A DNA stretch of 64,000 nucleotides from Candidatus Eiseniibacteriota bacterium (GCA_965224245.1 OZ245046.1:2208001-2272000), one strand, 5' to 3'. Counted from the stretch's first letter, positions 48,292-58,462 are shown. Made by a program: numbers and translations. The notes: generated from the letters alone by a model not told the origin.

Positions 48292-49424
48292 CCGGCGTGG
48301 ACGTGGAGATCGTCGGACGGGGGCCCGAACACCGGCGCCCGGTCGCCGCGCAGCTTGCCCAGCTCGGTCAGGAGCTCACGCTCCCGCCGCGACAGGTTCG
48401 TCGGCGTCTCCACGATCACGCGCACGAGGAGGCTGCCCCGGCCACCGCCGCGGAGCGCCGGAAGTCCCTTGCCCCGGAGCCGGAGCACCTTCCCGCTCTG
48501 GATGCCCTCGGGGATGCTCACCCGGGCCTTGCCGGTGAGCGTCGGCACGTCCACCTTCATCCCGGTCGCGGCCTGGGAAACCGAGAGTCGCGTCTCGCAC
48601 ACGAGGTCGACGTCGCCGTCGCGGACGAAGATCTCGTGCTCGATCTCCTCGAACACGACGATCAGGTCGCCCGCGTCGGCCCCCCTCGGCCCGGCGTCGC
48701 CCTTGCCCTCGAGCCGCATGAAGTTGCCGCCCATGACCCCCGCGGGCACCCGCACCTCGACGGTCTCCTCGCCCTCGCGGCGACCGTCCCCACGGCACGA
48801 CGGGCACGGGTTCACGACCATCTGGCCGGTCCCCCGGCACCGTGCGCACACGACCACGTTGATGGACTGTCCGAACAGCGATCGCACGACCTGCTTGATC
48901 TGACCGGTGCCCTGGCACTCGGCGCAGGTCTGGACGTCGCTTCGATCGCGCGCGCCGCGGCCGTCGCATGCGTCGCAGACCACGTGCTTCTTGACCCGGA
49001 TCTTCTTCTTGACCCCCGACGCGATCTCCTCGAGCGTCAGGGCGATGCGCACCTGACGGTCCCGGCCCCGCTGGCGTCTGCTCCCTCCTCCTCCGCCGCC
49101 GCCGAACAGGTCCTCGAAGCCTCCCCCGCCGAACGCGCTCATGAACGAGCGAAGCGCCTCGTTGATGTCGACGTGGTGCCACTCGGCGCCGCCCTGCCCG
49201 AACGCGTCGTGCCCGTACTGATCGAAGCGAGCGCGCTTCTGCGGGTCCTTCAGGATCTCGTAGGCCTCGGTCGCCTCCTTGAACTTCTCCTCGGCGGCGG
49301 TGTCGCCCGGATTGCGGTCGGGATGGAACTCGAGGGCCTTCTGCCGATAGGCCTTCTTGACGTCGGCGTCGCTCGCATCACGACCGATGCCGAGCACCTC
49401 GTACGGATCGCGCGGACTGGTCAT
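48288..49424 (-). CDS. dnaJ: Chaperone DnaJ
   Basis: J-domain HPD, G/F region, four CxxCxGxG motifs. Confidence 0.97.
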   Translation of the reverse strand: MTSPRDPYEVLGIGRDASDADVKKAYRQKALEFHPDRNPGDTAAEEKFKEATEAYEILKDPQKRARFDQYGHDAFGQGGAEWHHVDINEALRSFMSAFGGGGFEDLFGGGGGGGSRRQRGRDRQVRIALTLEEIASGVKKKIRVKKHVVCDACDGRGARDRSDVQTCAECQGTGQIKQVVRSLFGQSINVVVCARCRGTGQMVVNPCPSCRGDGRREGEETVEVRVPAGVMGGNFMRLEGKGDAGPRGADAGDLIVVFEEIEHEIFVRDGDVDLVCETRLSVSQAATGMKVDVPTLTGKARVSIPEGIQSGKVLRLRGKGLPALRGGGRGSLLVRVIVETPTNLSRRERELLTELGKLRGDRAPVFGPPSDDLHVHAG

Positions 49425-50323
49425 GATCGCCCTTCTTCAGCGTCGCCGGTGTCACCGGTACCGCCGGCGGCGTCCGACTCGTCCCCGGTCGCCGGCGGCG
49501 TCCCGTTCGAGACGAGCACCTGCGCCGGCTTGATCAGCCGATCGCCGATGCGCCATCCGCACTGCACGACCTGGCTCACGTGTCCCTCGGGCAGCTCGGA
49601 CGGGAACTGCCCGAGCGCGTCCATCGTCTCGGCCTCGAACGCCTCGCCGAGCGGGTCGACGCGCTGGATGTCCATCTCGGCCAGCGCGTCGTGAACGCTC
49701 TTGCGCACCAGCTCCACGCCTCCCGCGATCGATTCCACGGTGGCGGAATCGGCGCGGGTGGACGCGATCGCCAGATCCAGCGTGTGGAGCGCGGGCGTCA
49801 GGGCCGCGACCAGATCCGCCATGCCGTCCCGCTTGGCAGCCAGCGTGTCCTTGGCGGCGCGACGCCGGTAGTTCTGGAACTCGGCCAGCAAGCGGAGCTT
49901 CTCCTGCTGCGCGTCCTCGAGCGCGGCCCGGAGCGACTCGGCCGCGTCGGGCGCGGCGTCGGCGTCCGCCTCCGCGGCCGGCTCGTCCGCGTCGTTCGCG
50001 CCGGCGCCGTCGTCGGGGCCGGCTTCGCCGGCACCGGTCGCCGCGCGCGCGCCGTCGTGGGTCTCATCGGCGGACGCGTTCGCGTCGGAGGACGCCCCTG
50101 CGTCGGCGGACGCGTTCGCGTCGTGGGCGCGGTCGGGCGCATCGTCGCGGGCGATCTCGTCGTGGTCGCGGCCGTGGCGTGCGTGGGTACCGGTCATGTC
50201 AGTCTCCGGGGCATCGTGTCGGTTCGTGGTCATGGTTCTCGCGTCCCGATCGGACGACGGATCGGCATCCTGATCCACATCGGTCGGGGCCGCGGCGGTC
50301 TTTCGGGTTCGGTTCGCTGCCAT
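49421..50323 (-). CDS. grpE: Nucleotide exchange factor GrpE with long acidic N-terminal extension
   Basis: LRLLAEFQNYRRR, GEAF, QCGWRIGDRLIKPAQVLV; GAGG RBS before ATG 50323 (start uncertain). Confidence 0.9.
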   Translation of the reverse strand: MAANRTRKTAAAPTDVDQDADPSSDRDARTMTTNRHDAPETDMTGTHARHGRDHDEIARDDAPDRAHDANASADAGASSDANASADETHDGARAATGAGEAGPDDGAGANDADEPAAEADADAAPDAAESLRAALEDAQQEKLRLLAEFQNYRRRAAKDTLAAKRDGMADLVAALTPALHTLDLAIASTRADSATVESIAGGVELVRKSVHDALAEMDIQRVDPLGEAFEAETMDALGQFPSELPEGHVSQVVQCGWRIGDRLIKPAQVLVSNGTPPATGDESDAAGGTGDTGDAEEGRS

Positions 50324-50358
50324 CGTATCCTCGGTGACGCGCGCGGGCGCGTGATCGT

Positions 50359-51138
50359 TCATCCAATGCGGGTGCCCTGCCGGGCGTCCCAGAGCTCGCC
50401 GAGCGCGTCGAGCCGCGCGACGATCGCACCGTAGTCCATCCGGGCCGGGCCGAGCACGGCCAGCGCGTCCGGGCCCGGTCCGCGAAGTCCGATCGAGACC
50501 AGCGCACAGCCGTCGAGGGCCCCGGCATCCGACCACGGGGCGGCCCCACGCCCGAACGCGCCCTCCGGCCTGCGGGCGATCTCGGACCCGAGGGCGACGC
50601 CGGCCCGACCGTGCACCGCCAGCGCGGCGATCCGATCGCCGAGCGCCGTGCGGTCGTCGAGGAGCCGGCACAGCCGCGCGAGCCGCGCCCCCTCACGAAA
50701 CTCGGGCTCGGACACGACGTGCTCGAGCCCGCCGTAGACGGCTCGCCGCCGACCCCCGGAGTGCTCGACCACGAGCGTCAGATGTCGCAGCTCGGCCGCC
50801 AGCGCGTCGGCCAGCCGCTGCGCATCGCACGGCTCGACCTCGAGCTGACGGGCCAGGCGCGCGCGCTCGGCCGGGCTCGGCTCTCGGCGCGCCATCAGAC
50901 GCTCGACGTAGACGCGGTACCCCAGATCGGTGGGCACGCGACCGGCCGATGCGTGCGGCCGCCCGATCACGCCGATCCGCTCCAGCGACGCCATGGTCGC
51001 ACGGATGCTGGCCGACGAGAGTCCGCGTCCGCGCTCGAGCGCGAGCGTGCGCGATCCCACGGGCGCCGCCAGGCGCACGTGGTGCTCGATGACCGCGATC
51101 AGGTACTCCGCCTGTCGCGGCGAAAGCTCAGGCAACAT
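50359..51138 (-). CDS. hrcA: Heat-inducible repressor HrcA (short form)
   Basis: PVGSRTL, SSASIRATMASLE, PHASAGRVPTDLGYRVYV, VLGPARMDY; CIRCE upstream. Confidence 0.9.
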   Translation of the reverse strand: MLPELSPRQAEYLIAVIEHHVRLAAPVGSRTLALERGRGLSSASIRATMASLERIGVIGRPHASAGRVPTDLGYRVYVERLMARREPSPAERARLARQLEVEPCDAQRLADALAAELRHLTLVVEHSGGRRRAVYGGLEHVVSEPEFREGARLARLCRLLDDRTALGDRIAALAVHGRAGVALGSEIARRPEGAFGRGAAPWSDAGALDGCALVSIGLRGPGPDALAVLGPARMDYGAIVARLDALGELWDARQGTRIG

Positions 51139-51174
51139 CGATCGATCTCACCCAACTCGAATTAATCCAATGAC

Positions 51175-51201
51175 TTGGCACTCTAGGCGCAAAAGTGCCA
51201 G
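51175..51201. promoter_or_regulatory. CIRCE operator
   Basis: TTGGCACTC-N9-AAGTGCCAG versus consensus TTAGCACTC-N9-GAGTGCTAA, upstream of hrcA. Confidence 0.88.
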
Positions 51202-51207
51202 CGAGGG

Positions 51208-51236
51208 ATGCTACCAGCGCGGGACGATGAGGTCAA
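51208..51236 (-). promoter_or_regulatory. sigma70 promoter of the hrcA operon
   Basis: TTGACC, 17-nt spacer, TG-n-TAGCAT immediately upstream of CIRCE. Confidence 0.7.
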
Positions 51237-51285
51237 GCACCGCCCGAGGGCGGCGGGAGCCGGGACCGCGGGGGGCCGAGCGCGG

Positions 51286-52827
51286 TCAGTACGCCTGGTC
51301 GCGCCTCAGCACGACCAGCAGTGTCCGGACGAGGATCTTCAGGTCGAGCATCAGGGACCAGTTCTCGACGTAGTGGAGGTCGAACCGGGTTCGCTCGGCG
51401 ATCGACGTGTCGCCCCTGAGCCCGTTCACCTGGGCCCAGCCGGTGATCCCGCTCTTGACCCGGTGCCGATCCACGTAGTCGGGCATCTCGCCGGAGAAGC
51501 GATCCACGAAGTGCGGCCGCTCGGGTCGCGGTCCGACGAGGCTCATCTCGCCCCGGACGACGTTCACGAGCTGAGGCAGCTCGTCGAGGCTCCACTTGCG
51601 CAGAAAAGCTCCCACGCGGGTGGGCCGTCCGTCGTCGCGGCGCGCCCAGACCGGGCCGGTCGCCGCCTCGGCATTCACGGGCATGGACCGGAACTTGAGG
51701 ATCGCGAAGCGGCGTCCGTCCCGGCCGATCCGCTCCTGCCGATACAGCACGGGGCCCGGGGAGCTCCGCTTGACCGCCACCGCGATCATCGCCAGGAGCG
51801 GCGACAGCAGAGCCAGCGCCAGGCCCGACGCGACGAGATCGAACGACCGCTTCTGCACCCACGCCCAGCCGGTGAGCGGGATCTCGCGCAACGACAGGAT
51901 CGGCAGCCCGTCGAGCTCTCTCACGCGCGCGCGCCGGCTCAGGAGCTGAAGGGTGTCCGGCACCAGCTCGATGTCCACCGGGAGGCCGCGACACGAGCGC
52001 ACGATGTCCACCGCCGCGCGCTGCTCGGCGAGCGGCAGCGCCAGCACGAGCACGTCGACGCCCCGGGACGCGACGATCGAGGCCGCGTCGGCGTAGCGGC
52101 CCAGCACCTCGAGCGCCTCGTCCCCGATCGGCTCGCTCGCCCCGGCCACCGCGGTGGCGACGGCGATCGCCGGCTCCTGTGCCGGGTCGAAGAGGCTCGG
52201 GCCCCGGGCCGGCTCGGGGGCCGGCCCCGATCCGCCCGCGCGGCCGCCGCCCGCGGGCGCGACGCCCCCGGCGTTCAGGCAGCCCACGAGGCGGAACCCC
52301 GTGGGATCGACGTCCAGCAGCCGGCGGACGACCTCGTGCCCGATGGGTGTGTCTCCGGCCAGGAGAACCCGGAGCGGATGACGCCGTCGCCAGCGACGCG
52401 AGAGCGCGCCGATCGCCGCGCGCTCGAGCACCAGGAGCCCGACCAGCATCACGTACAGCACCGGAAAGTACGAACGCGAGAACGTGAACTCGCGATAGAA
52501 GAAGCTGAACGCGGCACCCACGAGCACCGCGCCGAGCGCCGCCCGGGCCAGCCGCAGCGCCTTCTGCGTGCGCGAGCCGATCTGCTCCAGCCGGTACATC
52601 CCCGCCGCGGCCAGGAACGGGAGCGTCACCGCGGTCAGGATGGCGCCCGCCGTCACGTAGGGCCCGATCGGGGGAACGCTCTTCGTCAGGGGCAGGACGT
52701 CGGTCACCGGTGAGTGAAACCGGAGCGCGTGCGCCAGCGGAAACGCGGCGAACACGGCCAGCGCATCGCCCAGCACCCACAGGAACTGGAGCCACGTCTC
52801 GCGCTTTCGCCGTTCAACGCGTCCCAT
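51286..52827 (-). CDS. Undecaprenyl-phosphate sugar phosphotransferase (WcaJ-like)
   Basis: N-terminal TMs; KRSFDL, KFRSM, SLDELPQLVNV, GEMSLVGPRPE, GITGWAQVNG. Confidence 0.93.
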   Translation of the reverse strand: MGRVERRKRETWLQFLWVLGDALAVFAAFPLAHALRFHSPVTDVLPLTKSVPPIGPYVTAGAILTAVTLPFLAAAGMYRLEQIGSRTQKALRLARAALGAVLVGAAFSFFYREFTFSRSYFPVLYVMLVGLLVLERAAIGALSRRWRRRHPLRVLLAGDTPIGHEVVRRLLDVDPTGFRLVGCLNAGGVAPAGGGRAGGSGPAPEPARGPSLFDPAQEPAIAVATAVAGASEPIGDEALEVLGRYADAASIVASRGVDVLVLALPLAEQRAAVDIVRSCRGLPVDIELVPDTLQLLSRRARVRELDGLPILSLREIPLTGWAWVQKRSFDLVASGLALALLSPLLAMIAVAVKRSSPGPVLYRQERIGRDGRRFAILKFRSMPVNAEAATGPVWARRDDGRPTRVGAFLRKWSLDELPQLVNVVRGEMSLVGPRPERPHFVDRFSGEMPDYVDRHRVKSGITGWAQVNGLRGDTSIAERTRFDLHYVENWSLMLDLKILVRTLLVVLRRDQAY

Positions 52828-53947
52828 GGGCGACCTCCACCGTGCGGCGCGGCGCGCCGTCGCTGGTCAGCGTGTCGACGATGTCCCGGAACCGCCCCAG
52901 GAAGCGCTCGCGGTCGAACCGGAGCGCGTGGCGGCGAATCGCGTCGGGATCCCACGCGTCGGCGTCGAAGGTCTCGACCGCGGCGCGGAGCGAGGCGGCG
53001 GTGGGCTCACGGAAGAATGTGCCCGTGACCCCGTCCACGACGGTCTCCAGCGCTCCCCCCTCGGCGAAGGCGATCACCGGTCGACCGCAGGCCATCGCCT
53101 CGAGCGGAACGATACCGAAGTCCTCGGGACCCGGGAACACGAGAGCCCGGCATCTCCGGTAGAGCGTGCGGAGCTCGGTGTCCGACACCCGCCCCTGGAA
53201 GGTGACGTTGGGTGGCGCGAGACGCCGCAGCCGGGCCAGCTCGGGACCGCCGCCGGCGACCACGAGCCGGGAGTCGAGACCGCGGAACGCCTCGATGGCC
53301 AGCTCCACGCGCTTGTACGGGACGAGCGCGCTCACGACCAGGAAGTCGTCGGACGGGGAATCGGGGCCCGGCGTGAACGTGGCGTGGTCGACCCAGGGAT
53401 GGACGACCTCCGCGGTGCGACCGTACGTGCGGCGGATCCGGTAAGCGACGTTGTGCGAGTTCGCGACGAACGCGCTCACGCGGCGACTCGACGTGACGTC
53501 CCAGCGCCGGAGCGGCGCCACGGCGAGGGCCATCGCCGCCCGGACGTGCGCGGGAGCCCGTCCCGGACCGAAGTAGTCCTCGTACGCGTCCCAGATGTAA
53601 CGCATCGGCGTGTGACAGTAGCAGACGTGCACGGCGCGCTCACCGGGCCGGACGCCCTTCGCCACGCAGTGGCTGGACGAGATGACGAGGTCGTAGCCGG
53701 ACAGGTCGAACTGCTCGATCGCGCGCGGGAAGAACGGCAGGTACTTTCGATAGTGCGCGGCGATGCCGGGCAGACGCTGCACGAACGACGTGTGAATCGG
53801 ATGCGACTCGATCTGGCGGGACACCGACCCCGGCAAGTGCACCAGCGTGTAGATCGGGGCGTTCGGATAGCACGAGAGAATCCCCTCGAGCACCTTCTCA
53901 CCCCCGCGCATGCCGGTGAGCCAGTCGTGCACCAGGGCGACCCTCAT
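52814..53947 (-). CDS. Glycosyltransferase family 4
   Basis: MRVALVHDWLTGMRGGEKVL, EDFGIVPLEAMACG. Confidence 0.93.
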   Translation of the reverse strand: MRVALVHDWLTGMRGGEKVLEGILSCYPNAPIYTLVHLPGSVSRQIESHPIHTSFVQRLPGIAAHYRKYLPFFPRAIEQFDLSGYDLVISSSHCVAKGVRPGERAVHVCYCHTPMRYIWDAYEDYFGPGRAPAHVRAAMALAVAPLRRWDVTSSRRVSAFVANSHNVAYRIRRTYGRTAEVVHPWVDHATFTPGPDSPSDDFLVVSALVPYKRVELAIEAFRGLDSRLVVAGGGPELARLRRLAPPNVTFQGRVSDTELRTLYRRCRALVFPGPEDFGIVPLEAMACGRPVIAFAEGGALETVVDGVTGTFFREPTAASLRAAVETFDADAWDPDAIRRHALRFDRERFLGRFRDIVDTLTSDGAPRRTVEVAHGTR

Positions 53948-55197
53948 CGCGCGTCCTCCCCGAGGGCGCGTGACGCCACCGGAGACGGCGCCGATCCGGT
54001 CGCGCCCGCGCCATCCCAGGCCGCCCAGAGCTCGGCCACGAGGCCGTCGCTGACGAAGAAGGCGTCGGTCGACAGGCGCAGCCGGTCGGGATCCGGCTCG
54101 AGGAGACCGGCCTCGACGAGTCGATCGACCTCCCGCCAGAACGCCGGCGGCGCGCCCGCGAACCGCTCTCGCGAGGCTCCCTCGACCATCCGGAGACGCA
54201 TCAGCTCCTCCCCGACGACGGCGGCGTCGTCGAGCACCTCGTATCCCGCGACCGGCTCGCGACGCCCGGACAGCGCCTCCTGCCAGCGCACGCGCGTGGG
54301 ATGATTCCAGAAGCGGCGCCCCGCGAGGAAGCTGTGGGCCGATGGTCCGATCCCGAGCATCTCCTCGCGCCGCCAGTAGCCCAGATTGTGACGCGAGCGT
54401 GTGATCTCGGTGCCGAAGTTCGACACCTCGTAGCGCGGCAGTCCGGCCGCCGAGGCGCTCGCGACGAGCACGTCGTACATCGCCCGCTGGACGTCGTCCG
54501 GCAGTCCGGTCAGCTCGCCTCGCCCGCGACGCCGGCCGAGCGCGGTACCCTCCTCGTAGCCGAGACAGTAGGCCGACAGGTGCGCCGGGGCAAGGCGCAG
54601 CGCCGCCTCCAGGGATGCGCGCCACTCGTCGAGCGTCTGACCCGGAATCGCGTAGATGAGATCCAGCGAGACGGCCGGGGCGGACGCGATGCTCCTCGCC
54701 GCATCCACCGCGCGGGCCACGGCCGTCCAGTCGTGCGTCCGGTCCAGGACCGCCAGGAGGCGCGCGGTGTGCGACTGGGCCCCGATGGACACCCGGGTGA
54801 GCCCGAGCGCCGCGTAGGCGGTCAGGCGCTCGGGTGTGGTCGACTCGGGATTGCTCTCGACCGTGACCTCGACCAGCCGGTCGGGGCGCACGAGTCGCGC
54901 CAGCATCGAGACCAGGCGCGCGATCTCGTCCGGGGTCAGGAACGTCGGCGTGCCGCCGCCGACGTAGAGCGTCTGCGGCCGGAGCGGCCCGCCGAACCGC
55001 TCGCGCCAGACGTCGATCTCGGCCGAGAGGGCGTCCAGATACGCGGAGACGGCGTGTCGATCCGGGGGCACCTCGCGCGAGAACGCGCAGTACGCGCAGT
55101 CGGACGCACAGAACGGAACGTGGACGTAGACCCCGTGCACGTGATCGGCGTGATCGGCGGCGCGGAGCTGTTCCACGTCGAGTCCGGCGAACGACAT
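53944..55197 (-). CDS. hemW: Radical SAM heme chaperone HemW
   Basis: YVHVPFCASDCAYCAF, GGGTPT, YEVSNF, HNLGYW; lepA-lepB neighbourhood. Confidence 0.88.
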   Translation of the reverse strand: MSFAGLDVEQLRAADHADHVHGVYVHVPFCASDCAYCAFSREVPPDRHAVSAYLDALSAEIDVWRERFGGPLRPQTLYVGGGTPTFLTPDEIARLVSMLARLVRPDRLVEVTVESNPESTTPERLTAYAALGLTRVSIGAQSHTARLLAVLDRTHDWTAVARAVDAARSIASAPAVSLDLIYAIPGQTLDEWRASLEAALRLAPAHLSAYCLGYEEGTALGRRRGRGELTGLPDDVQRAMYDVLVASASAAGLPRYEVSNFGTEITRSRHNLGYWRREEMLGIGPSAHSFLAGRRFWNHPTRVRWQEALSGRREPVAGYEVLDDAAVVGEELMRLRMVEGASRERFAGAPPAFWREVDRLVEAGLLEPDPDRLRLSTDAFFVSDGLVAELWAAWDGAGATGSAPSPVASRALGEDAR

Positions 55198-55220
55198 GTC
55201 GCCTCCGGGGCCGAGCGCGC

Positions 55221-55901
55221 TCACTTCACCGGTCGGAACATGCGCCCGAGACGCGGAAGGAAGTACTTGTCGCCGTCGAAGGATGCATAGATGAACAGGG
55301 CCTTGCCCACGACGTTCTCGAACGGGACCGCGGACTCTCTCAGATGCCGGTATCGCTGCCGGAAGAACCGCGAGTCCGAGGAGTTGTGCCGGTTGTCGCC
55401 CATCGCGAAGAACGAGTCCTCGGGCACGACGTAGTAGTGCCCTCCGCCCGGCCAGTTGACGGCTGCCGGCTGCCCGACGCCGTCGAGCTTCACGTAGGGC
55501 TCGTCCTGGGGGACGTTGTTGATGTAGAGCACGTCGTCGATGACCTGGACCGTGTCGCCCGCGATCGCCACGCAGCGCTTGATGTAGTCGGTCCTGTCGT
55601 CGCCGGGGTTCTTGAACACCACGACGTCGCCGCGCTCCATGTCCCGGAGCCCGGGCAGCCGGTAGCTCGTGAACGGGAGCGTCGCGCCGTACGTGAACTT
55701 GCTGACGAACAGGAAGTCGTGCTTGAGGAGCGTGTCCTCCATCGACTCGGATGGAATCCGGAATGCCTGGAGCACGAACGTGCGGAAGATCAGGAACAGA
55801 ACCACCGCCCACGCCAGCGACTCGACGTTCTCCCGGAGCTTGCTCTTGGGCGGGCGTGCGGGCTCGGCCGTGGCCTTGGGCTCTGTGCTGGATGCCGACA
55901 C
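55221..55901 (-). CDS. lepB: Signal peptidase I
   Basis: IPSESMEDTL, DYIKRC, MGDNRHNSSDSR; GAGGAGG RBS before GTG 55901. Confidence 0.95.
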   Translation of the reverse strand: MSASSTEPKATAEPARPPKSKLRENVESLAWAVVLFLIFRTFVLQAFRIPSESMEDTLLKHDFLFVSKFTYGATLPFTSYRLPGLRDMERGDVVVFKNPGDDRTDYIKRCVAIAGDTVQVIDDVLYINNVPQDEPYVKLDGVGQPAAVNWPGGGHYYVVPEDSFFAMGDNRHNSSDSRFFRQRYRHLRESAVPFENVVGKALFIYASFDGDKYFLPRLGRMFRPVK

Positions 55902-55912
55902 GAGGCTCCTCC

Positions 55913-57721
55913 TCAATCACCGCGCCTGAGGACCGCGAGAAACGCCTCCTGCGGGACGTGGACCTTGCCCACGACCTTCATGCGGCGCTTGCCTTCCTTC
56001 TGGCGCTCGATCAGTTTGCGTTTGCGAGTGATGTCGCCGCCGTAGCACTTGGCGGTCACGTTCTTTCTCAAGGCGCTCACCGTCGTGCGGGCCACCACCC
56101 GGCTGCCGATCGTGGCCTGAATCGAGATCGCGAACATCTGCTTCGGAATCAGCTCGCGCAGGCGCTCGGTCATCGAGCGTCCCGATTCGTACGCGCGGTC
56201 CCGGTGCACGATCGCACAGAACGCGTCCACCGGCTCGCCGTTCAAGAGAATGTCCAGGCGCACGAGCTGCGAGTCGCGATACCCGGAGAACTCGTAGTCC
56301 AGCGACGCGTAGCCCCGGCTGGCCGACTTCAGTCGATCGTAGAAGTCCACGATGATCTCGGCCAGCGGCAGCTCGTACTTCAGGACGACGCGACGCGACT
56401 CCAGGTACTCGAGCCCCTGATGAATGCCCCGGCAGTCCTGGCAGAGCTTGGTCACGGGGCCGATCGCGTCGGGCGGCATCACGAGCTGAGTGGCGACGTA
56501 CGGCTCCTCCACCGTGGACTGGCGGTCGAGCGCGGGCATGTCGCTGGGATTGTGCACCTCGATCGTCTCGCCGGCGGCGTTCTCCACGCGATACGACACG
56601 TTGGGAACGGTGGCGATCAGTTCCAGATCGTACTCGCGCTGGAGGCGTTCGAGCACGATCTCGGCGTGGAGCGGCCCCAGGAACCCGCACCGGAACCCCG
56701 AGCCGAGCGCGACCGAGCTCTCGGGCTCGAACAGCAGCGACGCATCGTTCAGCGTGAGCTTCGAGAGCGCGTCGCGCAGGTTCTCGAAGTCGTCGGAGTC
56801 GATCGGGAAGATGCCGCTCCAGACCATCGGCTTGAGCTTGCGGTACCCCGGCAGCGCGACCGAGGCGACGTCGTCCGCGTCCGCGACCGTGTCGCCGACC
56901 TGCACGTCGTGGACGTCCTTGATCCCCGCGATGAGGTAGCCGACCTCTCCGCGTCCCAGCGCGTCGCAGGGGACGCGCTGCAGCTTGATCTGCCCGACCT
57001 CGAGCACCTCGTAGCTGCGCCGCGTGGCCAGGAGCTTCACCCGATCACCCACCCGGACCTCGCCGTCCACCACCCGCAGCATCGCGACCACGCCGCGGTA
57101 GCGGTCGTACACCGAATCGAAGATCAGCGCGCGGAGCGGGGCGTCCGCGTCGCCGCCGGGCGCGGGAATGCGCGCGTGAATGGCCTCCAGGATCTCGTCC
57201 ACACCGGTGCCGTCGCGCGCGCTGGCGCGGATGACGTCGGCCGGGTCGCACCCGATGAGCTCGGCCAGCTCGGCCGCGACCTCGTCGGGCCGCGCCGCCG
57301 GCAGGTCGATCTTGTTGATGACCGGGATGATCTCGAGGCCGCCGTCGATCGCCATCAGGAGGTTCGAGACGGTCTGCGCCTCGATCCCCTGGGCGGCGTC
57401 CACCAGCACCAGCGCGCCCTCGCAGGCCGCGAGGCTGCGCGAGACCTCGTAGGAGAAGTCGACGTGTCCGGGGGTGTCGATCAGGTTGTACAGGTATCGC
57501 TGACCGTCGGCGGCCTCGTAGGTCATGGCGACCGCATGTGCCTTGATCGTGATCCCGCGCTCACGCTCCAGATCCATCGAGTCGAGCACCTGCGCCTTCA
57601 TGTCGCGGGCCGAGAACGTCCGGGTTCGCTCGAGAAGCCGATCGGCCAGCGTCGACTTTCCGTGATCGATGTGCGCGACGATGCAGAAATTGCGGATGCG
57701 CTCGGGTGTCGTCTTGACCAT
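55913..57721 (-). CDS. lepA: Translation elongation factor 4
   Basis: AHIDHGKSTLADR, DTPGHVDF, KNVTAKCYGGDITRKRKL. Confidence 0.98.
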   Translation of the reverse strand: MVKTTPERIRNFCIVAHIDHGKSTLADRLLERTRTFSARDMKAQVLDSMDLERERGITIKAHAVAMTYEAADGQRYLYNLIDTPGHVDFSYEVSRSLAACEGALVLVDAAQGIEAQTVSNLLMAIDGGLEIIPVINKIDLPAARPDEVAAELAELIGCDPADVIRASARDGTGVDEILEAIHARIPAPGGDADAPLRALIFDSVYDRYRGVVAMLRVVDGEVRVGDRVKLLATRRSYEVLEVGQIKLQRVPCDALGRGEVGYLIAGIKDVHDVQVGDTVADADDVASVALPGYRKLKPMVWSGIFPIDSDDFENLRDALSKLTLNDASLLFEPESSVALGSGFRCGFLGPLHAEIVLERLQREYDLELIATVPNVSYRVENAAGETIEVHNPSDMPALDRQSTVEEPYVATQLVMPPDAIGPVTKLCQDCRGIHQGLEYLESRRVVLKYELPLAEIIVDFYDRLKSASRGYASLDYEFSGYRDSQLVRLDILLNGEPVDAFCAIVHRDRAYESGRSMTERLRELIPKQMFAISIQATIGSRVVARTTVSALRKNVTAKCYGGDITRKRKLIERQKEGKRRMKVVGKVHVPQEAFLAVLRRGD

Positions 57722-57743
57722 GGATGTCCCGCGAAGCCTCTCT

Positions 57744-58352
57744 CTACTGGAACGTCAGTCGGAGCCCGAGCCGGACCACCGGCTCGGGCTTGGGTACGAT
57801 GCGCTCGTCGTCGAACTGGTCGTCGAAGTCCATCAAAGCCGCGTCGACGTACGCCTCGGTCATCGTGAACAGCCACGCCAGACCGGACCACCAGATGAAA
57901 TCGTCGCGCCGATCCAGCGCGCGGTTGCGCGCGCGCCAGGTCGCGTTCTTCTCCGCACCGTCGGGCAGCGACTTCGCCTGCGTCTCCAGATCGTTGGCCT
58001 CTCCACCTTCCTCGAAGATCCGGTATCCGAGATACGCCCGCCCCGCGATGAACAGGATCGCCCGCACGTAGCGCCGGTTGTAGAGCTGTCCCCAGGCCGG
58101 CAGCGCGGTCGAGCGCCAGAACGCTCCTCCCGGCGACGGCCGGAAGGGCTCCTTCGCCGGCGCCTCGGGGCCGGCGACGCTCGCCGCGTCGCGGGGGCCC
58201 GAGTCCCCGATCCGGGCCGCCCGGAGCGGGATGCCCGCCCCCTGATCCGTTGCCGTCGCCCGGAGCGAGTCCGCCCGCCACGGCCACTGGACATCCGCGG
58301 TCGCGCCCCGGGTCCCCGAGACGGCGCACGCGATCAGGCAGAGGGTCAGCAC
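57744..58352 (-). CDS. DUF5683-like membrane protein (start uncertain, just downstream of selC)
   Basis: SPGGAFWRSTALPAWGQLYN, RRDDFIWW, EAYVDAALMDFD. Confidence 0.7.
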   Translation of the reverse strand: MLTLCLIACAVSGTRGATADVQWPWRADSLRATATDQGAGIPLRAARIGDSGPRDAASVAGPEAPAKEPFRPSPGGAFWRSTALPAWGQLYNRRYVRAILFIAGRAYLGYRIFEEGGEANDLETQAKSLPDGAEKNATWRARNRALDRRDDFIWWSGLAWLFTMTEAYVDAALMDFDDQFDDERIVPKPEPVVRLGLRLTFQ

Positions 58353-58364
58353 CAGCGCCGTTAC

Positions 58365-58462
58365 TGGCGGGAACGTGTGGGAATCGAACCCACCTCGGAC
58401 GGGATTAGCGCCCGACAGAAGGATTTGAAGTCCTCGGAGTTCACCAGAACTCGCCCGCTCCC
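58365..58462 (-). tRNA. selC: tRNA-Sec (UCA)
   Basis: 98 nt; extended acceptor stem, 6-bp D stem with 4-nt loop (GAGTTC-TGGT-GAACTC), anticodon loop CTTCAAA, long variable arm, G discriminator plus CCA. Confidence 0.95.
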
